A stretch of 21,974 nt of DNA from Octopus sinensis (taxonomy: Eukaryota), in the NCBI RefSeq assembly GCF_006345805.1, contig NW_021836732.1:1-21974 (forward strand). The letters run 5' to 3'. The position numbers and the translations under genes are program-made. How positions within the stretch are numbered: position 1 is the stretch's first letter; every line of letters begins with the position of its first letter. Shown in pieces: positions 9,498 through 18,916 of the stretch. The notes beneath the pieces were generated by a model, which worked only from the letters and a program-made list of their open reading frames with translations, was not told the DNA's origin and made no database searches.

Positions 9498-9787
9498 CTA
9501 AAATGCCGCTACAAACACCCGGATACGCGGAATGGGTGCGTGTGTAGATATGCAGGATTAAATATCAATATAGCAAGGTATTTTTGTTGTTGTTTAGCTC
9601 CAAGTCAAGCTTGATCGTCATACAAACGATAGCGAAGCGTTCTATCTGTGACGATCTCGTTTTTCTTCCTCTTTTTTTTTTCTTTTTAGACATAGTATAG
9701 CTAATGTATAGCTTTTTAAAGACAAGGATGTGATTTGGTGAACAGTTTATTGCCACATCCAGCAGGTTCAAAGACTGCATTCAATAT

Positions 9788-9895
9788 TTCTTCTTAAGCC
9801 CTTCCCTTCACGAGGAGCATAGGCCATCAACGTCTTTTCTACAGTGTTCTCGACTTTGGGCTGCTTTTTCTGCTTCTCCCAGGTCTTGCTGGTAT
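9788..9895 (-). mobile_element. RTE-clade LINE 3' end fragment
   Basis: Minus-strand translation (KTW)GEAEKAAQSREHCRKDVDGLCSS* with one frameshift matches the RTE C-terminal pattern W-x-E-A-x-x-x-A-Q-D-R-x-x-W-R...L-C; short 3' UTR ending aagaagaa. Confidence 0.6.
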
Positions 9896-9912
9896 TGAAT
9901 AGTCATTAATAA

Positions 9913-10310
9913 GGCGGCGAGCTGGCACGCCGGATGAAATGCTTAGCAGTATTTCGTCAGCCATTACGTTCTGAGTTCAAATTCTGCCGAGGTCGACATT
10001 GCCTTTCATCCTTTCGGGGTCGATTAAATAAGTACCAGTTACGCACTGGGGTCGATATAATCTACTTAATCCATTTGTCTGTCCCTGTGTCTGTCCATAT
10101 GAAGGTGGCGTGGTGGTAGAATGTTTAGAGTGCCGGGCCAAAATTCTTTGCGGCGTTTCGTCTGTCCTTACGTTCTGAGTTCAAATTCTGCCGAGGTTGA
10201 CTTTGCTTTTCATCCTTTCGAGGTCGATAAAATTAGTACCAGTTGAACCCTACGGTCGGTGTAATCAACTTACTCCTTCCCCCGAAATTGTTGGCCTTAT
10301 TCCAAAATAA
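9913..10310 (+). mobile_element. Two adjacent SINE family B copies (9913-10097, 10103-10310)
   Basis: ggcggcgagctggc head, B box gagttcaaattc and central gaggtcgac.ttgcctttcatcctttcggggtcgat.aa..agtaccag box (Meta-domain-like); first copy has a deletion in the A-box region. Confidence 0.85.
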
Positions 10311-10471
10311 TAAGCCAATATTACACCTATAAAGGGCAATGAACTGAAGGAAAATCGTCAGAGCGTCAGAAGAATACTTTGCGTATTTTACTAGCTCTTT
10401 ACGTTCCTAGTTCAAACCCCACAGGGGTTTATAACATAAGGTATCTGGCTAGTACTAGAGTTAATGATAGG

Positions 10472-11380
<909 letters not shown>

Positions 11381-11497
11381 TATCGTATCATCATTGTAGA
11401 AGTTAACCAAATATTGGTTTCGAATTTTGGCACAAGTACAGCAATTTCTCGGGAGGAGATAAGTCGATTACATCGACACCGGTGCACAACTGAAAGG

Positions 11498-11881
11498 GTG
11501 GAGGCGAAATGGCCCAGTGGTTAGGGCAGCGGACTCGCGGTCATAGGATCGCGGTTTCGATTCCCAGACCGGGCGTTGTGAGTGTTTATTGAGCGAAAAC
11601 ACTTAAAAGCTCCACGAGGCTCCGGCAGGGGGTGGTGGTGATCCCTGCTGTACTCTTTCACCACAACTTTCTCTCACTCTTACTTCCTGTTTCTGTTGTA
11701 CCTGTATTTCAAAGGGCCGGCCTTGTCACTCTCTGTGTCACGCTGAATATCCCCGAGAACTACGTTAAGGGTACACGTGTCTGTGGAGTGGTCAGCCACT
11801 TGCACGTTAATTTCACGAGCAGGCTGTTCCGTTGATTCGGATCAACCGGAACCCTCATCGTCGTAACCGACGGAGTGCTTC
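11498..11881 (+). mobile_element. SINE family C (tRNA-Arg-like head, OR1-like), full length, inserted in a family B copy
   Basis: A box tggcccagtggttag, B box ggtttcgattccc; 13-bp TSD cacaactgaaagg at 11485-11497 and 11882-11894. Confidence 0.9.
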
Positions 11882-12010
11882 CACAACTGAAAGGATGAAA
11901 GGCAAAGTCGACCTCGGTAGAATTTGAGCTCAGAACACATAGACTGACGAAAACCGCTAAACATTTTGTCCGGCGTGTTAACTGTTCTGTCAGTTCACTG
12001 CCTTAATAAT

Positions 12011-12408
12011 CCTTTCTAATATAGGCACAAGGCCTGAAATTTTTTGGGGAAGGGGCAAGTCGATTACATCGACCCCAGTTCTCAACTAGTACTTAATTTA
12101 TCGACCCCGAAAGGATGAAAGGCAAAGTCGACCTCGGCGGAATTTGAACTCAGAACGTAGCATCAGACGAAATACCTGTTTCTTTACTACCCACAAGGGG
12201 CTAAACACAGATAGGACAAACAAGGACAGACAAAAGGATTAAGTCGATTACATCGACCCCAGTGCGTAGCTGGTACTTAATTTATCAACCCCAAAAGGAT
12301 GAAAGGCAAAGTCGAACTCGGTGGGATTTGAACTCAGAACGTAGCGGCAGACGAAATGCCGCTAAGCATCTCGTCCGGTGTGCTAACGATTCTGCCAGCT
12401 CGCCACCT
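12011..12408 (-). mobile_element. Dimeric SINE family B with 17-bp TSD
   Basis: One head followed by two B-box/central-box units; flanked by ttcactgc(c/t)ttaataat at 11994-12010 and 12409-12425 (16/17). Confidence 0.85.
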
Positions 12409-13789
12409 TTCACTGCTTTAATAATGAATTCAAATTTTTAGTTTCCAAAATTTGGCACAATGTCAGCAATTCCGGACCAGGAAATAAGTTGCTTCGTAAT
12501 TTTTTTTATCGATCTCGTAAGGATGAAAGGCAAAGCTGACCTCGGCAGAATTTGAACTCAGGACGTAAAGACGTAAAGAAATGCCACTAAGCATCTTGTC
12601 CACCGTGTTAACAATTCTATTCTGCTCTAGGCACACAAGGCCCCAAATTTTTTTTTGTTGGGGGGCAGTCGATTAGATCGACTCCAATACGCAACTGGTA
12701 CTTAATTTATCGATCCCGAAAGGAGGAAAGGCAAAGTCAACCTCGGTGGAATTTGAACTCAGAACGTAAAGAAAGACGAAATGCCGCTAAGCATTTTGTT
12801 CGGCGTGCTAACAATTCTGCCAGCTCGCTGCCTTAAGTTAACCAAATAATCAAATTTTGGCGCAACGCCAGTAGGTTCTGAGTGGAGTGGGTGGTGTGGG
12901 CGTGGGTGGGTGGGTGTCTCAAAGTCACAACTGGTTCTTATTTTATCGACCCCGAAAGGATGAAAGGCAAAGACGACCTCGGCGGGATTTGAACTCAGAG
13001 CATAAAGACAGACGAAATGCCACTAAGCATCTTGTCCGGCGTGCTATCAGTTCTGGCAGCTCGCTGCCTTAAGTTGACAAAATAACCAAATTTTTGTCGC
13101 AACGTCAGCAGGTTCGGAGGGGTGGGGGTCAAAGTCGATTAAATTTACCCCACTGTTCAACTGGTCCTTATTTTATCGACCCCGAAAAGATGAAAGGCAA
13201 AGTCGACCTCGGTGGAATTTGACTCAGAACGTTACGGCAGACGAAATACCTATTTCTTTACTGCCCACAAGGGGCTAAACACAGAGAGGACAAACAAGGA
13301 CAGACAAACGGATTAAGTCGATTACATCGACCCCAGTGCGTAACGGGTACTTAATTTATCGACCCCGAAAGGATGAAAGGCAAAGTCGACCTCGGTGGAA
13401 TTTGAACTCAGAACCTAAAGACAGACGAAATGCCGCTAACTTACTAGCAATAAACAGTGTGTTGACTAAATATTATACCACAGAAGCAAGAATTAACTAT
13501 TTTAAAATACCATTGTAGTGGAGGTTTACTAAAATATTACACCATTGCAGTGGGAGTTAATTAACTCTCATTACTGCTAGAGAACTATTATCTCTAATTG
13601 ACCAACGTATCAGTGGTATTATCTTTGGTTGGCCCTTACTTGTATTAAAACCTTGCATTATCGATTATCCTGTCTCGTTACTGATAAACGGGATATCTGT
13701 GTGATTGTAATTCTTAATAAGATTAGAACCAATCAAAGGTCAAAGGTTATCGCTGATGGCTTGTACAGATGTCGCTCTTAGACAAATGA

Positions 13790-14130
13790 TTTCGTTAAGA
13801 AGGGAAAAAGGAAAACAAGAAGGAAAAAGAAAAAAGGGGGAAGAGATGATGATGAGGACGATGATGATGATGAGGAGGAGGAGGAAGGAGAAGGAATTAG
13901 AAGAAGAATGGGGAGAAGAGCGAAGAAGAAGAAAAAGAGAAGAATAAAGAAGAGTGAAGAAGAAGAAAAGAAGAAAAAGAGAAGAGTGAAGTAGAAATAA
14001 AAGAAGAAAAATAGGGAGAAGAGTGAAGTAGAAATAAAAGAAGAAAAAGAGGGAGAAGAGTGAAGAAGAAGAAGAAGAAGAAGAAAGAAGAAGAAGAAGA
14101 AGAAGAGGGGAGGAGGAGAAGGAGGAGAGC
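13790..14130. repeat. Purine-rich (GAA/GAG/GAT) low-complexity tract with internal ~36-bp repeats
   Basis: Almost pyrimidine-free plus strand; gaagagtgaagtagaaataaaagaagaaaa occurs twice. Confidence 0.9.
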
Positions 14131-14299
14131 TGCTTTAAATGTATGAGGTTATGTAAGAAAGGAATGAGTGTAGCGGTCAAGTGGCCGAAGTGTAATAAGG
14201 TCTGTAGCCGTGAGAAACTGTGAGTTCCTGTCTGTCTCTCGACCATTTTATTTTCTTTATTCATTATCTAAATTGCAGTTTCCGACTTAACACTGAGAA

Positions 14300-14760
14300 A
14301 AGACCAGATATTTTTGAATAGGAGGAATAAAGACGATTGGATCGACCATTTGCGTTGGAATGGTGGCTATTTATTTTTATTGAAACTTGAAGAAAATGGG
14401 AAAAAAGGGAAAAAGTCGACTGAACGACGTCTGAGCTCAAAACACAGAAGGATGGCTCGATCGGGCATTTAATCCGGCAGTTTGTTAGCCCTGTTATCTT
14501 GCTGCTCTCTTTCTATGATCGATTCCCATATTTGTCTCAAAGAGCCGCATATTTGTACACCCTCTGCGACAATTGAATCCCAGAATATAACTGGTATCAG
14601 TAAGGCAGGCTAAATGTTTCTTCCGGCTTTTTACGTTCTGATTTCAAATTCTGCCGTGGTTGACTTTGCCTTTCATCCTCTCGGGGTCGATAAATTAAAG
14701 TGTCGATCGTGCTCTGAGCTCGAAGTAATCGACTGCCCCTTCTCCTCGAAATTGTTGATC
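14300..14760. mobile_element. Two old SINE family B remnants (minus 14300-14500; plus 14600-14760)
   Basis: aaaagtcgac...gagctcaaaac remnant; ttacgttctgatttcaaattctgccgtggttgactttgcctttcatcctctcggggtcgataaat. Confidence 0.65.
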
Positions 14761-14928
14761 CCTTAATCGCAGCTTCAGGATGGTGTTTATAACATTTGTC
14801 AGTGGTTTTGATTTTATGATGCCGACATATTGTCCAGTGAAAATACTGGCCGACTCTGTCGTGTCTTACTTTATATTCTACAGGTGCTAAGACTCTACAC
14901 TCTGAGATTAGGTGGTCTATAGTTTCAA

Positions 14929-15031
14929 TCTCATTATTATTATTATTATTATTATTCAGGTCACCGCCTGGAATCGAACTCGGATTCTTGGGGTTAGTAG
15001 TCCACGCTCCTAACCACTACTCCATATGCCC
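14929..15031 (-). mobile_element. Short tRNA-head-only SINE / tRNA retropseudogene with (AAT)n tail
   Basis: GGGCATATGGAGTAGTGGTTAGG...GAGTTCGATTCCAGGCGGTGACCTG-(AAT)n; 7-bp flanking repeat gtttcaa at 14922-14928 and 15032-15038; T and anticodon stems mismatched. Confidence 0.75.
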
Positions 15032-15067
15032 GTTTCAAAATTAGAAGGAATATTATCGGTGTCAGCG

Positions 15068-15380
15068 TGAAGGCACGTGGCCTAGTGGTTAGGATGTTGT
15101 TGCATTTAGGATCGCAAGATTGTGGTTTCGATTCCCGGACCGATTCCAGACGGTTTGTTGTGTTCTTGAGCAAAATTCTTCATTTCATGCTCTGCGATCA
15201 CATTGACACGTGGTACACTGTGCATCTGTTTAGGCAACGCCGATTTGATGGAGGAAGTGAGATAATGTACAGCACAATAGATTTGATCATTACAAGCAAA
15301 ATCATTTGTGCAGATTGTTCAAAAGAAGTTGCAGAGCCCTCATCTTTCGTCTACGACAGGAAGGTCCACCACTGGTACCA
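15068..15380 (+). mobile_element. Old tRNA-derived SINE related to family C
   Basis: A box tggcctagtggttagg, B box ggtttcgattccc; 3' gagccctcatctttcgtctacgacagg resembles the family C tail. Confidence 0.65.
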
Positions 15381-15413
15381 GTAATAAAATGAGGGCTACC
15401 AAAGTTAAATATA

Positions 15414-15995
15414 CTTTTCTACTCTAGGCATGTAGAAATGAGTTGCGACGTCACAGGTGCCAAGCTGTATCGGCCCTTGCCTTTCCCCTGGACAACATCG
15501 GTGACGTGGAGAGGGGAGGCCGGTATGCATGGGCGACTGCTGGTCTTCCATAAAACAACCTTGCCCAGACTTGTGCCTCAGAGGGTATCTCTCTAGGTGC
15601 AAACCCATGGTCAGTGCCTGACCGAAGGGGGTCTTTACCCTTTTACTCTAGGCATAAGGCCCTAAATTTTTGGGGTGGGTGCCAATCGATTAGATCGACC
15701 TCAGTATGCAACTAGTACTTAATTTATCGACCCATAAATGATGAAAGGCAAAGTCGATCTCGGTGGAATTTGAACTCAGAACATAAAAACAGACGAAATA
15801 CCTATTTCTATTTCTTTACTACCCACAAAGGGCTAAACATAGAGAGGACAAACAAGGACAGACAAACGGATTAAGTCGTCGAAAGGATGAAAGGCAAAGT
15901 CGACCTCGGCGGAATTTGAACTCAGAACGTAGCGGCAGACGAAATACGCTAAGCATTTCGCCCGGCATGCTAGCGTTTCTGCCAGCTCGCCGCCT
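15414..15995 (-). mobile_element. Dimeric SINE family B with perfect 17-bp TSD, an internal deletion and a nested insertion
   Basis: taccaaagttaaatata at 15397-15413 and 15996-16012; the head-side unit has a microhomology deletion (aagtcg|tcgaaagg). Confidence 0.88.
15432..15643 (+). mobile_element. 5'-truncated retroposon (SINE body, possibly Deu/Nin-domain type) with 12-bp TSD
   Basis: tactctaggcat at 15420-15431 and 15644-15655; GC-rich body ending gggggtctttacccttt; family assignment from recall only. Confidence 0.7.
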
Positions 15996-16316
15996 TACCA
16001 AAGTTAAATATAGCCATGATTAATTTGGATTTTAGTACAGAGAACGGGCAAACGTAACAAAATACAAAGAAACGAATGGTCGCACGAGTTGCTAAAAATG
16101 GCTGTTAAATCTCCCACAAATCGTACCTAATCATCTTCAAATTTGAAAGGACATATTGGATAGCATAGTTCTGGATACTTTACCAGAATTATAATCGGGC
16201 TCGGCAAGGCTGGAAAATATTTGGTTATAGGTCTGTTCATTCAAAGAACAACAACAACAACAACAACAACAGCAGCAGCAGCATCCGTTCAAGAATTTGG
16301 ACCTGGAGATCTCCAT

Positions 16317-16374
16317 TTCCAGCGACTTCGAGGGTCACCTCCCCAGTGGTGTTGGGGGTCAACGAAGAGCCCTC
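16317..16374 (+). ncRNA. Possible HDV-like (ingi/L1Tc-type) ribozyme fold, probably decayed
   Basis: P1 UUCCAGC:GUUGGGG, P2 GAGGGUC:GA(G)CCCUC, P3 ACC:GGU, L3 UCCCCAGU, J4/2 CGAA; P4 essentially absent. Confidence 0.35.
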
Positions 16375-16478
16375 AATTACAACAAGACGACCAAAGTTTT
16401 TTTTTTTTTCCAAGGTCTGGGGTCTCCCGCCCCTAAACCATAAACCATCACCTAATCACCCATACCCGTCTTGTTGCT

Positions 16479-16783
16479 TAACAACAACAACAACAGCAGC
16501 AGCAGCAGCAATAGCTACAGGAACAGCAGTAGCAACAACACCAACAACAACAACCTGAACAACAACAACAAGGATGCCAACGAAAGCAGTTACAAAAGCA
16601 ATGACTACAACAACAGCAACACCACCACTATCACCAGCAACCACAGTAACAACAAGAATAACAAAAACAACTGCAGCACCAACACCAGCAGCAGCAGCAG
16701 CAGCAGCAACAACAACAGCGGCGTCATCAACAACGCCATCAGCATCAACAGCGGCAATGGCGTCGACAGCGGAGACGACGTAA
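16479..16783. repeat. Degenerate (CAA/CAG)n trinucleotide low-complexity tract
   Basis: 3-nt periodicity is kept over ~300 bp; a shorter pure tract lies at 16245-16283. Confidence 0.9.
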
Positions 16784-17160
16784 CTAAATACCCACCGCCA
16801 TACATTTTAATCTGGCGCACCACCGCTCTCCGTTGCTGCTCACCTCTTTTTCGTATGGTTAAGGAAGGAACGTGGAAAGACTAAAAGACACATGCATGCA
16901 CTTTAACTAGTAGCAGACTGCCTAATACATCCTACTACTAACTTCAGGATCAAGCGTAATAATCGATTTCTACTGAATCAACACCACAGTCTAGACGTAA
17001 GAATACCGGCATGACGTCGTTGTTGTTGTTCCTGTTGTTGTTGTTGTTGTTATTTAACTCTAATTTAGCAATGATCGAACAGACATGCGATCACAATGGT
17101 AGCACAGCTAGATGGCGGCGAGGCGAGTGGCGTTCCACCCGGGGTGACGCTTTTATATAT

Positions 17161-17590
17161 GGTGGCGGGGGGGGGGGGGCAGAATCGTTAGCACGCCGGG
17201 CGAAATGATTAGTGTTATTTCGGCTGCCGTTACGTTCTGAGTTCAAATTCCGCCGAGGTCGTCTTTGCCTTTCATCCTTTCGGGGGTCGATTAAATAAGT
17301 ACCAGTTACGCATTGGGGTCGATGTAATCGACTTAATCCGTTTGTCTGTCCTTGTTTGTCCTCTCTGTGTTTAGACCCTTGTGGATAGTAAAGAAATAGG
17401 TATTTCGTCTGCCGCTACGTTCTGAGTTAAAATTCCGCCGAGGTCGTCTTTGCCTTTCATCCTTTCGGGGTCGATTAAATAAGTACCAGTTATGCACTGG
17501 GTTCGATATAATCGACTTAATCCGTTTGTCTATCCCTCTTTGTCTTCTCTGTGTTTAGACCCTTGTGGGCAATAAAGAAATAAGAAATTA
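17161..17590 (+). mobile_element. Dimeric SINE family B (units of 185 bp)
   Basis: Head, then two units starting tatttcg at 17216 and 17401; the A-box region is replaced by a G run. Confidence 0.9.
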
Positions 17591-17699
17591 AAAAGTATGT
17601 ATATATTGGTATGTAATGCTTGAAACAGGTTTCTTACGCTAACATTTCACATAATTTATGTGTGAAAAGCAATATAGGAATTTTGAAACAAATTTCTAT

Positions 17700-17757
17700 A
17701 AAACTAGTAAGCATTGAATCAAAGGGGTCCATAGGTAAAAATGGTCGAGAACTCCTG
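17700..17757. mobile_element. hAT (Charlie-like) MITE right end
   Basis: ggggtccataggtaaaaatggtcgagaactcctg ends in a decayed reverse complement of the CAGGGGTTCTCAA-type hAT TIR; left end not found. Confidence 0.45.
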
Positions 17758-17879
17758 CTCTAATGCTAATTTATGTATGCTGTAGTTAAGGGGTCCCTGA
17801 ACATTGCTTTGCGCATGCACCTGTAATATAAAAACTGTTCTATATCTTAACTGATTTTTAGACATGTATAGTTTAGCTT

Positions 17880-18034
17880 TTATTCTTTTCTTTTACTTCT
17901 TTCTTTCATTTTTGACAGCAGCCATGCTGGGTCACCGCCTTGAAGGGTTTTAGTCAAACAAATCAGCTTTAGGGGTTATTTTTAAAGCCTGGTACTTATT
18001 CTATCGGTCTTTTCCACTGAACCATTAAGATACG
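17880..18034 (-). mobile_element. SINE family A 3' tail only
   Basis: gccatgctgggtcaccgcctt...ggtacttattctatcggtctttt...gaacc..taag is the reverse complement of the family A tail; joins the Tc1 fragment at tacg. Confidence 0.75.
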
Positions 18035-18615
18035 TGTGGAGACAGCCAAAAATTGACCCAGACTGTTTTCTTCTAGCTGTTTAAAATGGAGGAGGATTCA
18101 TGATGATCTGGGGGGGGGCTATATCTTGGAAATCCGCCGCCCAATGGTTTCCCTTCGTGACAGAATAATTAGTCAAGACTATTTAAGCATTTTATCTGAT
18201 CAAATTCATCCTACGGTTGCGGAACTGTTGCCGGAGGGAAACGCAATCTTTCAGGATGATAAGGCACCAATTCACACGGCTAAAGTTGTTACTGAATGGC
18301 ACGAGGAACATTCAAGTGAAGTTGAACATCTTATCTGGCCACCACAGTCCCCAGATCTCAATATTATTGAACATTTATGGTGCATTTTAGAAAAACTAGT
18401 GAGGAATCGATATCCTCCACCATCATCACTACAAGAACTGGAGATTGTTTTAGCTGAAGAATGGACAAAAAATCATTTGAAAACAAATCAAACTTCGTAC
18501 GAGTTCATACCTCGTGGAATTCAAGGTGTAATTACTGCCAAAGGCGGTCCTACCCCATATTAAAATAGATTTGTTTGATATTTTACGGTGTTTCCATTAT
18601 TTTGTCCAACCCTTG
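18031..18615 (+). pseudogene. Tc1/mariner transposase pseudogene, 3' part with right TIR; DD36E spacing
   Basis: YVWRQPK..DPDC...GGG..MIWG.AISWKS, then after a frameshift near 18139 ...FQDDKAPIH...WPPQSPDLNIIEHLW...AKGGPTPY*. In-frame TAA at 18082-84; 36 residues between D (18258-60) and E (18369-71); TIR ggtgtttccattattttgtccaacccttg|TA at 18587-18615. Confidence 0.92.
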
Positions 18616-18632
18616 TATATATATATATATAT

Positions 18633-18822
18633 ATATATACACGACGTGCTTCTTTCAGTTTCCGTCTACCAAATCCAATCAAAAGGCTCTGGTCGATCCG
18701 AGGATAAAATAGACGACACTCGCCCAAGGTTGCACACAGTGGGACTGAACTCAGGACCATATGGTTGAGAAGCAAGCTTCTTACCGGCCGAGAAAATCAG
18801 TGATCATTTTGCGCTTATAACA
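18633..18822 (-). repeat. SINE A head plus 38-bp unique flank; duplicated at 20807-21000
   Basis: The two copies share non-consensus SINE variants and the flank gaaatcag.gatcattttgcgcttataaca. Confidence 0.88.
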
Positions 18823-18885
18823 AGTAAAATGTAAGAGAATTCAGGAGAGTTTGATAAGTCCAATTGCAAGCGAGGATGGAAAATA

Positions 18886-18916
18886 TTAACGTTTCGGATT
18901 TTAGTCATTCGTCAGA
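18886..18916 (-). ncRNA. Decayed Penelope-type hammerhead motif
   Basis: CUGACGA-A-ugacuaaaaucc-GAAACGUU; helices I and II disrupted. Confidence 0.4.

Larger units (their letters stand above)
11414..13440 (-). mobile_element. Head-to-tail cluster of SINE family B units (about 8 central boxes, all on the minus strand)
   Basis: Repeated atcgaccccgaaaggatgaaaggcaaagtcgacctcgg..gaatttgaactcagaacg at ~11890, 12100, 12290, 12520, 12710, 12950, 13180 and 13360. Confidence 0.9.

Noticed and set aside
11498-11575. tRNA genes at SINE heads (also 14957-15031 and 15068-15140)
   Set aside because: A/B boxes are present but cloverleaf stems are broken, and the heads run into SINE bodies or tails with TSDs.
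11414-13440. Regularly spaced repeats as a CRISPR-like array
   Set aside because: Units are 180-240-bp SINE copies, not short repeats with unique spacers; the context is eukaryotic with no cas genes.
13740-14264. Leu/Ser/Phe-rich and Glu/Arg/Asp-rich ORFs
   Set aside because: Both-strand translations of the GAA/GAG low-complexity tract; the acidic frame has an upstream stop and no start.
16471-16884. 137-aa Asn/Ser-rich ORF ending in a PPPY motif
   Set aside because: The AAC/AGC frame of a decaying CAA/CAG repeat rarely gains stops, while the Gln frame has several. There is no ATG or usable acceptor (stops at 16441 and 16453 follow the nearby AG). Not formally excluded without RNA data.
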